Shown: positions 10,943 to 21,395, numbered from the stretch's first letter. The stretch: 56,260 nucleotides of DNA from a virus (IMGVR_UViG_3300042564_007410:1-56260), one strand, 5' to 3'. The notes: generated by a model from the sequence alone, not told the origin. Made by a program: numbers and translations.

Positions 10943-12757
10943 ATGGAAGAAACATTAACACAAGCTGATATTATTGCTGCTGAATTAGGTTGGAAAAAAG
11001 ATATAGATTATCCTAGCTGGGGTCATAACGAAGTATACTTAAAAACTGTATCTAAAGGTTATGTTCTTGATGGAGAGACCCCTAAGGATGCCTATTGGAG
11101 AGTCTCAACATCAGTCGCTAAAAGACTTAAAAAACCGGAGCTTGCGTCTAAGTTTTTTGACTATATGTGGCGTGGATGGTTAAATTTAGCAACACCAGTA
11201 TTTTCTAATACTGGGACAGAAAGAGGTCTTCCTATCTCTTGTTTTGGAATTGATGTTGCAGATTCAATTGCGGATATTGGCGGTAAAAACTTAGAGCTTA
11301 TGCTCTTAGCAAAACACGGTGGAGGTGTAGGAGTTGGTGTAAATCAAATTCGACCAGCAGGATCCACTATTTCTCAAAACGGTACTTCAGATGGACTTGT
11401 TCCTTTTTGTAAAATATACGATTCTTCTGTTCTTGCAACTAATCAAGGAAACGTTCGTAGGGGTGCTGCGTCTGTGAATATGGATATTGAACATGGAGAT
11501 TTTTGGGATTGGCTAGAAATTAGAGAACCTAAAGGAGATATTAATCGTCAGTGTTTAAATCTTCACCAATGCGTTGTAGTTTCTGATGATTTTATGCAAA
11601 AACTAGAACATGGTGATAAAGAAGCACGTCGTAGATGGACAGCAGTTTTAAGAAAACGTAGATCTTCTGGTGAACCTTATATTATGTATAAAGGAAATGT
11701 TAATCGTCAAAATCCTGAAGCATACAAGAAGAATGGACTTAAGGTTTACATGACAAATATATGTAGTGAGATTACTCTACATACTGACGAAAATCATTCA
11801 TTTGTATGTTGTCTATCCTCGTTAAATCTTGCAAAATATGAAGAGTGGAAAGATACTGACTTAATCTACACAGCCACTTGGTTCCTGGACGGAGTTCTTG
11901 AAGAGTTTATCCAAAGAGCAAAATACATGAGAGGCTTTGAAAATTCAGTTAGATCTGCTGAAAAGGGTAGAGCTCTTGGTTTAGGGGTATTGGGATGGCA
12001 TACTTATTTACAAAATAAAAATATTCCATTTGATTCACTGCCTGCTCAATTTGAGACCAGAAAAATATTCTCACAACTTAAAATTGAAAGCGAACGTGCA
12101 AGTAGAGATATGGCAAGGGAATACGGTGAGCCTCTATGGTGTGTTGGTACAGGAATGAGAAATACTCATCAACGTGCAATTGCGCCTACTGTGTCTAACT
12201 CAAAGCTTTCTGGTAACGTTTCTGCTGGTATTGAGCCATGGGCAGCTAATGTATTTACTGAACAGACAGCAAAGGGGACATTTATCAGAAAAAATCCATC
12301 ATTGGAAAAGGTCCTTGACCGATTAGGATTCAATACTAAAGAAACTTGGGATCAAATATTACTAGATGGAGGATCTGTTCAAAATCTAGAATTTATGGAT
12401 AATTATAGAGTAAAATTAGGAGAACCTGGAAACCCAATTACTCTAAATAAGTTGTCTAAACTTCCAGAAATAGATCAAAGTAATTATATTCCTCTAAAGG
12501 ACGTTTATTTAACATTTAAAGAAATAAATCAACTTGAATTAGTTCGACAGGCTGGACTAAGACAACAATACATAGATCAATCAGTTTCATTAAATTTAGC
12601 TTTTCCTACTGAGGCCGAGCCTAAATTTATTAATCAAGTTCACCTAGAAGCATATAATGCGGGTATCAAAACTTTATATTACATGAGAACTGAATCAGTG
12701 TTACGTGGCGATATTTCAGCTAGGGCTATGGTTGATTGCCTTATGTGTGATGGATAA
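10943..12757 (+). CDS. nrdA: Ribonucleotide reductase class I alpha subunit, no ATP cone
   Basis: PISCF, TNICSEI, IAPT, TLYY, C-terminal CLMCDG. Confidence 0.95.
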   Translation: MEETLTQADIIAAELGWKKDIDYPSWGHNEVYLKTVSKGYVLDGETPKDAYWRVSTSVAKRLKKPELASKFFDYMWRGWLNLATPVFSNTGTERGLPISCFGIDVADSIADIGGKNLELMLLAKHGGGVGVGVNQIRPAGSTISQNGTSDGLVPFCKIYDSSVLATNQGNVRRGAASVNMDIEHGDFWDWLEIREPKGDINRQCLNLHQCVVVSDDFMQKLEHGDKEARRRWTAVLRKRRSSGEPYIMYKGNVNRQNPEAYKKNGLKVYMTNICSEITLHTDENHSFVCCLSSLNLAKYEEWKDTDLIYTATWFLDGVLEEFIQRAKYMRGFENSVRSAEKGRALGLGVLGWHTYLQNKNIPFDSLPAQFETRKIFSQLKIESERASRDMAREYGEPLWCVGTGMRNTHQRAIAPTVSNSKLSGNVSAGIEPWAANVFTEQTAKGTFIRKNPSLEKVLDRLGFNTKETWDQILLDGGSVQNLEFMDNYRVKLGEPGNPITLNKLSKLPEIDQSNYIPLKDVYLTFKEINQLELVRQAGLRQQYIDQSVSLNLAFPTEAEPKFINQVHLEAYNAGIKTLYYMRTESVLRGDISARAMVDCLMCDG

Positions 12758-12780
12758 ACCATTAATAAAATTAATTAATG

Positions 12781-12809
12781 AAGCAGCAAATTACTTTTGC
12801 TGCTTTTTT
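12781..12809 (+). terminator. Intrinsic terminator
   Basis: AAGCAGCAAA / TTTGCTGCTT hairpin plus T run. Confidence 0.8.
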
Positions 12810-12813
12810 GTTT

Positions 12814-12823
12814 AGATAAATAA
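12814..12823 (+). promoter_or_regulatory. Putative late promoter AGATAAATAA
   Basis: Variant of T4 late TATAAATA, 16 nt upstream of ATG 12840. Confidence 0.6.
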
Positions 12824-12839
12824 TAAAAAATCTATTTTC

Positions 12840-13064
12840 ATGCTTAATTTCAATCAATTTGTAAATGAAAGTAAAGATAATGACTTTGATTCTATTAAAA
12901 AAGGAGATACTATTCGATGGGTAGGATCAAAACATACTGTTAAAAAAGCAGGAGATGGAATAATACTTATACAAATAGGTAGTAAAAGCATTAGAATAAA
13001 TAAAGGAATGTGGAAAGAAAGAGGCGGAGTACTTGAAAAAAAAGAAAAAGATGAAGAAAAATAA
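12840..13064 (+). CDS. Small hypothetical protein with capsid-targeting-like leader
   Basis: Starts MLNFNQFVNES; late motif upstream. Confidence 0.6.
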   Translation: MLNFNQFVNESKDNDFDSIKKGDTIRWVGSKHTVKKAGDGIILIQIGSKSIRINKGMWKERGGVLEKKEKDEEK

Positions 13065-13548
13065 ATATATTTATAAATATTCAGATTTCCTAGTTGAACA
13101 AGACATGATGGGTGCACCTCCAATGCCAGGTCAACCTGCTCCTGCTGCTAAAAAATCATTAATCTATAATTTTTTATTTATGACTGGGTCAGATGACGCT
13201 GGAAACTCTCGACGTAAATATCCGGATGGAAGTACTATTATTGAGTATCCTGCTTATTCAATTGATGCACCTACATTAACTTCATGGATAAAAGATAACA
13301 TTTTATCTTCTGAGTCAAATAAATTAAATTCTCCTGAATTAGAGATTCGTCAAAAAAATTTAGAAGATATTGTTAAAGGTGATCGTACTAATATTTCAAA
13401 TGATGATCTTCCATTTATTGAAAAATTAAAAAATGCAGTTTCTGCTAATTTAGTAGGCACAAAAGCTCCAGACGTAACTGTAGTATTTAGTGATGGTGTT
13501 CCAACAACCGAAGAAATAGATGTAACTTTCATAAAACATAAAAAGTAA
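13051..13548 (+). CDS. Hypothetical protein, possible virion internal protein
   Basis: YKYSDFLVEQ leader; packed in operon. Confidence 0.6.
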   Translation: MKKNKYIYKYSDFLVEQDMMGAPPMPGQPAPAAKKSLIYNFLFMTGSDDAGNSRRKYPDGSTIIEYPAYSIDAPTLTSWIKDNILSSESNKLNSPELEIRQKNLEDIVKGDRTNISNDDLPFIEKLKNAVSANLVGTKAPDVTVVFSDGVPTTEEIDVTFIKHKK

Positions 13549-14297
13549 TGGTTAAATCATTTATTGAATTTATAAACGAAAACATGGATCATCAATCAGA
13601 TTTTATTAAAGAATTGTCTCAAAATCTAGTTGAGAAATTACGTACTTCAAATATTCAGTCAAGTACTGAGTATTCAGTTTTTTCTGGTATGGAGTTTATA
13701 CAACCATTTACCTTTGATTTAATATTAAAAGTAAGACGTGATGCTAATTTAGATATAGATTCAGATAGCCACTTTAATAGTTTATCTTGGGAAAAAATAA
13801 ATTTTGATAATCTAGGATACTGCATAGATGCTACCGCTAGAATGCATAAATCAAAAGTTGAGATTCCTACGATTACAATACATATTATTTTAAATCCTAG
13901 AGAGGAGCCTATCCTATATAGTCAATTATATTATAGGTTAATTGATATTCTTACCCATGAAACAAATCATTTAAACCAATTAGGATTAAATCGAAATCCT
14001 TTCAATACTCAAGTAAGTGGTAAAGAAACTAGATCAAGTGCAAAGAAAAATTATAAATATTTTCTATTAAATGATGAAGTTGAATCAATGGTAGAGGGCA
14101 TGTATGCTAGATCAAAAGCTCAAAATACTCCACTAGATCAAATATTTGATTCGTATTTACTTCCATTTATTAAATCTAAATACATAAGTGAGCCTGAATA
14201 TCAGGAAGTATTAAAAGTTTGGGTAACAAAAGCACTTGAACTTTACCCAGATGCAAAATTTTCTACCCGAGTTAATCATATAGTTAACTCAATCTAA
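13548..14297 (+). CDS. Hypothetical protein with HExxH motif and capsid-targeting-like leader
   Basis: MVKSFIEFINE start; ILTHETNH; downstream DEVES. Confidence 0.6.
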   Translation: MVKSFIEFINENMDHQSDFIKELSQNLVEKLRTSNIQSSTEYSVFSGMEFIQPFTFDLILKVRRDANLDIDSDSHFNSLSWEKINFDNLGYCIDATARMHKSKVEIPTITIHIILNPREEPILYSQLYYRLIDILTHETNHLNQLGLNRNPFNTQVSGKETRSSAKKNYKYFLLNDEVESMVEGMYARSKAQNTPLDQIFDSYLLPFIKSKYISEPEYQEVLKVWVTKALELYPDAKFSTRVNHIVNSI

Positions 14298-14344
14298 GAA
14301 CCAATACTTTTCCTAGAGTTTAATATACTTAAAAGATATTAATT

Positions 14345-14614
14345 ATGAACGATTTTGAAAAACTAGTATTAGAAGTTGATGCAGTAAAGACTGCAATCTT
14401 TGATCCAATCCAAACCCTTTTAGTTGATGCTGCAGATGACGCAGATAAATATTATGGAAAAGGTGTAAAAAGCGCTGGTAACAGACTTAAGAAAAAAATG
14501 CAAGAAATTCGCAAAGCAATTAAGCATCCAGCAATTAAAGCTGAGATGACTAAAATTCAAGAAGGAGCAAAAAATTTACGTCAAACTTTGACTGACGAGA
14601 TCGCAGCAAAATAA
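14345..14614 (+). CDS. Histone H1-like (Hc1 family) protein
   Basis: DADKYYGKGVKSAGNRLKKKMQEIRK resembles the Hc1 core (KGNKAAGTR.RK). Confidence 0.6.
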   Translation: MNDFEKLVLEVDAVKTAIFDPIQTLLVDAADDADKYYGKGVKSAGNRLKKKMQEIRKAIKHPAIKAEMTKIQEGAKNLRQTLTDEIAAK

Positions 14615-14640
14615 GAAATAGAATTTCTATAAAATTATTA

Positions 14641-14668
14641 AAATGCCTCTTTTTGAGGCATTTTTTTT
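14641..14668 (+). terminator. Intrinsic terminator
   Basis: AAATGCCTC / GAGGCATTT hairpin plus T run. Confidence 0.85.
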
Positions 14669-14677
14669 GTTTTATTA

Positions 14678-14704
14678 AAACTTTTTGCCAAATCACTAGT
14701 ATAA
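14678..14704 (+). promoter_or_regulatory. Putative phage promoter RAAC-N17-GTATAA
   Basis: Recurring motif, directly upstream of the SSB gene. Confidence 0.5.
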
Positions 14705-14728
14705 GATATAAAAATAACAATAAAAATT

Positions 14729-15745
14729 ATGACAGATTTTTTTGATTTACCAGAAGACGGCTTTACGAATAAGCCTAAGAATGGTGGCGGTAAAAAAGTA
14801 GATCCGAACGTTTATGATCCGGATCCAAATGCACACAACGGTTCGTATAAATCAGTATTTAGATTTATCCCTTATGTGTTTGACAAAACAAAAAGCAAGT
14901 ACACAAAGTACACTGCTAAATTTTGGAATCCTTTAACTAAGGAATCCTTAATTATCGATTGTCCATCGAATGTTGAAAAACCTTCAATCCTATGGACAAT
15001 GGAATCAGTTCTTCGCTCTTTGAAAAAAGAGGAACCTGAAATTCATGAAGAGATTAGTAAAAGCTTCTCACGATGGAGTACTAATCACTCAGCAGTTTAC
15101 ATCAAGAAGGATCCACAGAGACCTGATCTTGAAGGGACTATTAAAATCTTCAAGTTTAGAAATCAAATTGGTATGTTAATTGACCAATTAGTAAATCCTG
15201 AAGAACTTGATGGATTCTCAACAAACAAAAAAGTAAATCCTTATCACTTACTTGAAGGAAAAGATCTACTTTGTGTTGTTGGTAAGAAAACCAAAGAATT
15301 TAGAGATTGGTCTAAATGTAAATTCATGGATGAGGTAACTCCATTAGTATTTAAAATCGGCGATACTCAAGTTCAAGTTAAAAATGATGAAAAATCAATT
15401 AAGCTTGTGACTGAGTTCATGACTAAAAATACTCCAACAATGGATGAGTATTTCCACCAAGACTGGACAGAAGAAACTTTCTCTAAAGTAGCTGAAGCAA
15501 TTATTGCAGCGGTTCCTCAAAGAGAAGTTCTTGAGATGATTCTTGAAAAAAGCAAAGATTCTAAAATGAATGAGTTAATTCGTTCTAAAATGAAACCTGG
15601 AAAATCAAACGCTCCTAAAGCAAGCGTTAATGACGATCTTGAATTTGCAAGTACTCCTGCATCAACTGAATCAGCTGTTACTGAATCTCCGGCAGCTGCT
15701 GGCTCTGAAGACGATGAGTACGATTCACTATTTTCAAATCTATAA
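14729..15745 (+). CDS. gp32: Single-stranded DNA-binding protein, T4 gp32-like
   Basis: SVFRFIP, YIKKDPQRPDLEGTIKIFKF, NPYHLLEG, acidic tail EDDEYDSLFSNL. Confidence 0.8.
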   Translation: MTDFFDLPEDGFTNKPKNGGGKKVDPNVYDPDPNAHNGSYKSVFRFIPYVFDKTKSKYTKYTAKFWNPLTKESLIIDCPSNVEKPSILWTMESVLRSLKKEEPEIHEEISKSFSRWSTNHSAVYIKKDPQRPDLEGTIKIFKFRNQIGMLIDQLVNPEELDGFSTNKKVNPYHLLEGKDLLCVVGKKTKEFRDWSKCKFMDEVTPLVFKIGDTQVQVKNDEKSIKLVTEFMTKNTPTMDEYFHQDWTEETFSKVAEAIIAAVPQREVLEMILEKSKDSKMNELIRSKMKPGKSNAPKASVNDDLEFASTPASTESAVTESPAAAGSEDDEYDSLFSNL

Positions 15746-15760
15746 AATAATTTAGTAATC

Positions 15761-16054
15761 ATGAATGAAACTACCGAATCTCAAGTAACTCTTGAAAAAG
15801 AACAATCTTCTACTGAACAAGTACAAGCTCCTCAAAATATTCTATTTGGATCTATCTCATACGCTGATGATGACGCATATGAAAAATTTATCACAGAGAT
15901 GAATATTAGTCAAGCAATATTTGTTTTAATTGCCTCTGCCAATTTTGCACAAGCTAAGGGATCTTTCAACCTATTGGAATCTGAATCACTTGCTACTGCA
16001 ATTAGAGCTATTCGCAAGACTAGCGAAAAAAATGAGCAATCACCAACTAACTAA
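15761..16054 (+). CDS. Hypothetical protein
   Basis: 97-aa ORF in the replication operon. Confidence 0.65.
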   Translation: MNETTESQVTLEKEQSSTEQVQAPQNILFGSISYADDDAYEKFITEMNISQAIFVLIASANFAQAKGSFNLLESESLATAIRAIRKTSEKNEQSPTN

Positions 16055-16062
16055 AAATTAAC

Positions 16063-17202
16063 ATGGACTTAATCATAGACGGAAACGCTTTTATTAATGT
16101 CGCAATAAGCGTCACTAAGTCTCTATCTTTTAAAGATAAAAGAACTGGTGATGCTTATTATGTTAATGATTTGTTTAATGATGGTGGATTTGTCCTAAAG
16201 GAACACGTAAGAATAACATTTAGAAATTTTTGTTTTACCTATTTGAATTCCTTAATTACACCAATTGCGTCTCATCCAGAAAAAGTCCATATTGTTTTTG
16301 ATTCAGCAAGTTGGAGAAAAGAGTACACTAATGATTTCTTTACGAATTCAGATTTTAAGACTACTTCTGCTCCTACTGAGTTTAAATATAAAGGACAACG
16401 TAAATACGATGACCATCAATATCTCTTCTTTGATTATTTCCAGCAAGTACTTATGCCTGTAATACAGGCTAGATCTGGTGTAAATCAATATAAATTTAAA
16501 GGTACTGAAGGTGACGACATTATTGCATATCTTTGCGATATTTTAAAATGTGATATCCTAATCTACACAGTAGACCAGGATATTAAACAAACTACTGGGA
16601 TTACTGATAAAAATGTTCTTGTAATTACGCCTAAGCAAATGGCTAAAACCAAGAGGCTCTTTGTCCCAGCCCAATTAATTCCAACTGCAGCTAATGAAGA
16701 AATCGATAATTTCTTTTCGCTAAGTGATGACCACATTACTGGAGCAACCATTGAAAAAACTATTTCGAATCTACTTAATAAAGATTATGTAGAATACAAA
16801 GTAGATTTTGTTGATGATGTATTAAGTAAAATATTATTAGGCGACAAGTCAGATAATATTCCAAAAATTACTAGTGTTTCTCCAGCAAAAGCAAAAAAGA
16901 TAATTCTAGCAGTTCATGAAAAAATTGGAGACTCGATTATCTCTCAAATTGATGATATGAATGAAGATGCAATTTCAGCAATTGTTTCAGAAATTCAAAT
17001 CGTTAATAAAATCAAAGATCAGGATAAACTAGATGAGATCAGGGAACACTTACTATTTAATATTAAGTTAACTCGTCTCTCTATTAAAGTATTTCCAGAT
17101 GAAATCAGAGAAGCCTTGATAGAATTCTTTGATTCATATAAGATGACAAACTTTAATTCTAGGGAATTTACTAATTTAAAAAATAATTTATCAGTACTAT
17201 GA
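16063..17202 (+). CDS. rnh: 5'-3' exonuclease / T4 RNase H-like flap nuclease
   Basis: IIDGN, VFD..SWRK, YKGQR, EGDDII, DQD, GDKSDNIP. Confidence 0.88.
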   Translation: MDLIIDGNAFINVAISVTKSLSFKDKRTGDAYYVNDLFNDGGFVLKEHVRITFRNFCFTYLNSLITPIASHPEKVHIVFDSASWRKEYTNDFFTNSDFKTTSAPTEFKYKGQRKYDDHQYLFFDYFQQVLMPVIQARSGVNQYKFKGTEGDDIIAYLCDILKCDILIYTVDQDIKQTTGITDKNVLVITPKQMAKTKRLFVPAQLIPTAANEEIDNFFSLSDDHITGATIEKTISNLLNKDYVEYKVDFVDDVLSKILLGDKSDNIPKITSVSPAKAKKIILAVHEKIGDSIISQIDDMNEDAISAIVSEIQIVNKIKDQDKLDEIREHLLFNIKLTRLSIKVFPDEIREALIEFFDSYKMTNFNSREFTNLKNNLSVL

Positions 17203-17498
17203 AGCCTCTATATGAAAGAGTATTAGTTAAACCTAAGGACAAGGAGACTAGAACAAAACAAGGAATTATGCTTCCTGAAAAAGCAGTTAAAAAACCAAAT
17301 ATTGGAGTTGTTATTAACTGTGGAGATGGAACAAAAAATAATGAAATGGTAGTTAAGCCAGGTGACCAAATTCTATTTAATAGATATGCTGGTTTAGAAT
17401 TATACTACAAAGGAGAAAAACATTATGTTATTATGGCAAATGAAATTATTGGGGTCTTAGATGATCCTAATGATATTTCTTTGGAAGAATTTGAATAA
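17199..17498 (+). CDS. groES: Co-chaperonin GroES
   Basis: KPLYERVLV, GIMLPE, VKPGDQILFNRYAG. Confidence 0.93.
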   Translation: MKPLYERVLVKPKDKETRTKQGIMLPEKAVKKPNIGVVINCGDGTKNNEMVVKPGDQILFNRYAGLELYYKGEKHYVIMANEIIGVLDDPNDISLEEFE

Positions 17499-17500
17499 AA

Positions 17501-17528
17501 AAAAGAGGAGCTAACACTCCTCTTTTTT
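17501..17528. terminator. Bidirectional intrinsic terminator
   Basis: AAAAGAGGAG / CTCCTCTTTT between convergent genes. Confidence 0.85.
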
Positions 17529-17546
17529 ATTTAATAAGATTTTTAA

Positions 17547-18014
17547 TTACTTGTAAGTTACATAGCTAGTTTTTCCACCAGATTTAACAGCCTTTAGCAT
17601 TTGCTTACGTTGTTTTCCAGTTGACTCATAAGATACGTGAACCCAGTCTGGATTAGAAGAAGTCCCGAATTCCCAAATTAATTGGTCAAATTCTAAATTA
17701 TCTTTAATGTAATCAAATACCATTTTATTGGTAACTCCATTAGCACTTCCATCCATATCAATATCGATTGCCTCACCAGTACAATGTTGCGAAGAACTTG
17801 ATCCGCCTACTGCTTTATTTAAAGCTTCTGATCTGTAGCCTGACGAAATATTAATTGGACTTCCAAAATGATTTCTAATTGGTTCAAATACTTTTTCTGC
17901 CAATAATTTAAAGTTTGCAAGGTGTGCTTCAGTTGGCATATTTGAAACTCCTTTTCTTTTTGCTGTTTCACTACGTGTTACTTCAGCTAGAGATAAATGT
18001 TCACTTATTTTCAT
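17547..18014 (-). CDS. Peptidase M15A-family endolysin
   Basis: ISSGYRS, SQHCTGEAID, WVHVSY. Confidence 0.88.
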   Translation of the reverse strand: MKISEHLSLAEVTRSETAKRKGVSNMPTEAHLANFKLLAEKVFEPIRNHFGSPINISSGYRSEALNKAVGGSSSSQHCTGEAIDIDMDGSANGVTNKMVFDYIKDNLEFDQLIWEFGTSSNPDWVHVSYESTGKQRKQMLKAVKSGGKTSYVTYK

Positions 18015-18043
18015 ATTATATTTTATTTTTATTTATCAAAAAA

Positions 18044-18066
18044 AAAGAGATCCGAAGATCTCTTTT
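18044..18066 (-). terminator. Intrinsic terminator after tail sheath
   Basis: AAGAGATC-CGAA-GATCTCTT (UUCG loop on -) with a long A run on +. Confidence 0.8.
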
Positions 18067-18085
18067 GTATTTAAGTATAAGTTGA

Positions 18086-21000
18086 TTAGAAACTTGGGAT
18101 AAATCCAGTTGCATCTGAACTTAATGTTCCTCCTACTCTTGTAATAGTGATTCGATTGATGAATTTTTGGATTCCTCTTGGGAAATCAATTCGAATATCT
18201 ATAATTGCTGCATTTGCTGAAATTACTTCATTTGTATTATTTGATGAATCAAATATTACTTCGTATGTAGAAATTCCTTTTGCACTAATTACTGCATTCA
18301 AATAATTTTCAACAATTGTTCTTACCCTTAATCTTGTAATCTCATCATTAAAGTCAAACAAGAAGTTAAATAAGATTTTTTCAATATCTCTTTCAATTGT
18401 AGATAAGTTATCTCTAACGTGTGCATTATTAAGAGCTGAATTAATTCTTTGGTATGCAGTATTATTAGAGAACAAGATAATTCCAAATCCTCTACGTTTA
18501 ACTGTCAAGTTAAATCCAACTGGCTCTAAATAATCTCTATCTTCATCAGTAAGATCATATTCTAATCCTACAATTTCTGGATCATTAAGAGCTCCACGTT
18601 TTCCACCAGCTACAATTAAGAATGGCGTACCATTTTTAAATTTTCTAACATATAGGTTAGAAATATATCCTGCTTGTGGAACTGAAATATTCTTACTTCC
18701 ACTTCTAACAATTAGGTTAGGAAAATGGTAAGATGCATAAGATGATAATGGAACTCCTTTAACATCCTCTTCAGCAAACTTATAAAGGAAACTAGGGTTT
18801 AGAGAAGTATTACCTCCTGCTGCAATTAACTCAGGTGATACCAATTTATTAGCAGTATCAATAAAGCTAGGATCAACTGATCTTTCAAATTGCTGCATAG
18901 ATGGAGCATTTAAAAGTGCCATAGCTTGGCCATTTACTGCTGCTAACTTAGCTAATTGATATTTAGATGAACTTGAAATAGTTCCAGCATAAGAATCGAC
19001 AACATATCTAAAATCAATTAATTCTCCATTTGAAAGAGCTTGTGGAATTAAAGTATCTGTGAAAAGATAATCTAAGATTCCGCCAGTTCCTTCTAAACGA
19101 TCAGCTGTTCCATTTGGTAAAAGGTCAGTTCTTATTTTAAACGCTGCTAATTTTTGACCTTTTAAGTTAGTCACGAAATTAGGAATTCCAAGATATACTT
19201 GAATTTCATTTCCAGTAACGTCTAATCCTAGAACTTCTTCTACTGAAGGAGCCATTGTAGTAATTTTGTATGTATTTGGAGAAGTAAGAGGTTCTTTTAT
19301 TTCAACTGAAACAATTTTTAATAATCTATTTCTTCCATCAGTTACATTTGCTTTAATATAACTATTTACTTTAAGGTACTTATTAACTAGTGCTTTATTA
19401 TTTACTGTAATTGCTCCATCTAATTCTAGTGTTAATACATTAGGCTGTGAAATTGAATAACTTGTAAAAAAGTCAGTATCAGTTAAATCAAATGTGCGTT
19501 TAAAATCATCACCGCTTGCTAAATTAACTTTAATGTAATCTCCTCCTGATGAATAATAATTAGGAGCTACTTGAGTAGTTAATGCAACATCTGAGTAGGT
19601 TGCAATTTTAATATACTTTAATACATTTGGACCAACAGTAACTGTTAAGTTATCGGTAATCTTTAAATATCTAGAATTGATTCCATTTGAACTAGTATCT
19701 CCAGTTTTTAAGAAACCTCCAATATATGCATCATATAATTTACTTCCTTCCATTGCAACCAAATAATCAGTTGCTGCATCAATAATATATTGATCACCAG
19801 TAGATACTCCAGTACCTGCTAAAAAGTCAACTTCTAATTCAGTGCTATCTAATTCAAAAATAAGTTGTTTATTTGCTGGTCTAGTATAACTTAGCGTATC
19901 AATTAATGGAGTAGGATCAACTGATGGATTAGCGAACGTAACTCCAGTAATTGTTAACTCCTCAAGAGTTATACCTCCATTTATAGTAACAGTATCGCCA
20001 AGTTCGTATCCTGTTCCAGCATTATTTACAGTAATTGACGTAATTACACCAAGTGCTGCAACAATATTAACTGTCAAACCAGTACCTCCACCTGCACTTG
20101 TTGTTGCAACTGCAGTTGCCGTAGTATAACCTGTACCTGCTCCGTCTGCTGTCCATGAACCAACTCCTCCAACATAAATATTATCAACTCCTCCATTATC
20201 TGCATAATAAGCTAATTCATCAATTCCTTGACCAATAATATCAACTCTGTGAGAAGTAACCTCTTGATCATCAAAATTATCTATCGTTAAATCAATTAAA
20301 TCAAGTTTTTCAGTATCTAGTGCACAAAGTAATCCAGTTGTTGGAAATGCTCTATTTACTAGTCTATCAATTGAAACAGTAACTCCACTTTGATCTTTAA
20401 AATCAGGAATTAAGCATCCAATTGTACGATTAATTACTTTAATTTCTCTTAGTGCAAAGAAATCAGCTGATTTTGATGATTTTAAACCATCTGCATCAAA
20501 AAATTGTTTATAGATAGGATCGTTTGATAATTTTAAGTAATTATTCCAATCACCATTTACAACAATAACTTCTACAAAATAATCTGAGATAAAATCATCT
20601 GGGTGAACATATTCAGGAAATTCAACAGAACCTCCACCAATACTTGCATACCACTCTTTAGCAGTAACATCAAAACCATTAACACTTGCTTTTCTAACCC
20701 ATACTGTCATTGTTGATTGACCTAGGTTAGCAAATGAAAGAATCTTATTTGATTTTTCATCAGTTATTCCAAATCCTCCAGGATTAGTAATATAGTCATC
20801 TCCTAGTGCAAGATTTTTTGATCTATTCAATTTAGAAGAATCTGCAAACCATAATCTTTGACGATTAAAGAATTCAACAATTGGATATTCATGTAGAGTG
20901 TCAGCTGCATTGTTTTGAGCAGCAGATTCAGTATTAAATGTTGTAAATGCAGCCTTATCTAAATTAGCTTCAACATCCGTTTCAGTATCTAGTGGTAATA

Positions 21001-21280
21001 CATTCATTGCAAATACTGGTCCTTCGCGAAGTGCAACTTCAATTGTTCTATGGAAGTAACTTCCTGCTTTTTCAAGTTTAGGGTCGATTTCGCCAAATAC
21101 TGCTCTTAGAGTTCTAAGATCATTAACCAATACTACTGTATTGAATGGTCCAACTCTACTTGATCCTACGATCAAACGACCAGTAGTAAGAGGTAACACT
21201 ACATTCTCACTTGCATCGATTTCAACTGTGTAAACACCGCTAGACTTGTAATTATTTAAGTTTATCCTTGGTTCAGCCAT
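18086..21280 (-). CDS. gp18: Contractile tail sheath protein, gp18-like
   Basis: SSGVYTVEID N-terminus; SALNNAHVR, FLFDFNDEITR, DSSNNT C-terminal sheath motifs. Confidence 0.9.
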   Translation of the reverse strand: MAEPRINLNNYKSSGVYTVEIDASENVVLPLTTGRLIVGSSRVGPFNTVVLVNDLRTLRAVFGEIDPKLEKAGSYFHRTIEVALREGPVFAMNVLPLDTETDVEANLDKAAFTTFNTESAAQNNAADTLHEYPIVEFFNRQRLWFADSSKLNRSKNLALGDDYITNPGGFGITDEKSNKILSFANLGQSTMTVWVRKASVNGFDVTAKEWYASIGGGSVEFPEYVHPDDFISDYFVEVIVVNGDWNNYLKLSNDPIYKQFFDADGLKSSKSADFFALREIKVINRTIGCLIPDFKDQSGVTVSIDRLVNRAFPTTGLLCALDTEKLDLIDLTIDNFDDQEVTSHRVDIIGQGIDELAYYADNGGVDNIYVGGVGSWTADGAGTGYTTATAVATTSAGGGTGLTVNIVAALGVITSITVNNAGTGYELGDTVTINGGITLEELTITGVTFANPSVDPTPLIDTLSYTRPANKQLIFELDSTELEVDFLAGTGVSTGDQYIIDAATDYLVAMEGSKLYDAYIGGFLKTGDTSSNGINSRYLKITDNLTVTVGPNVLKYIKIATYSDVALTTQVAPNYYSSGGDYIKVNLASGDDFKRTFDLTDTDFFTSYSISQPNVLTLELDGAITVNNKALVNKYLKVNSYIKANVTDGRNRLLKIVSVEIKEPLTSPNTYKITTMAPSVEEVLGLDVTGNEIQVYLGIPNFVTNLKGQKLAAFKIRTDLLPNGTADRLEGTGGILDYLFTDTLIPQALSNGELIDFRYVVDSYAGTISSSSKYQLAKLAAVNGQAMALLNAPSMQQFERSVDPSFIDTANKLVSPELIAAGGNTSLNPSFLYKFAEEDVKGVPLSSYASYHFPNLIVRSGSKNISVPQAGYISNLYVRKFKNGTPFLIVAGGKRGALNDPEIVGLEYDLTDEDRDYLEPVGFNLTVKRRGFGIILFSNNTAYQRINSALNNAHVRDNLSTIERDIEKILFNFLFDFNDEITRLRVRTIVENYLNAVISAKGISTYEVIFDSSNNTNEVISANAAIIDIRIDFPRGIQKFINRITITRVGGTLSSDATGFIPSF

Positions 21281-21300
21281 CTCTGTGTAGATATTTTTAA

Positions 21301-21310
21301 TTATTTATCT
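21301..21310 (-). promoter_or_regulatory. Putative late promoter AGATAAATAA
   Basis: 20 nt upstream of the tail sheath ATG. Confidence 0.65.
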
Positions 21311-21395
21311 TAAATCATATTAATAAATCTAAAAAAAATAAAAAATTAAGATCCTCGATAAGATTTACAGTATAAGATAGCAAAATATAATAAGA

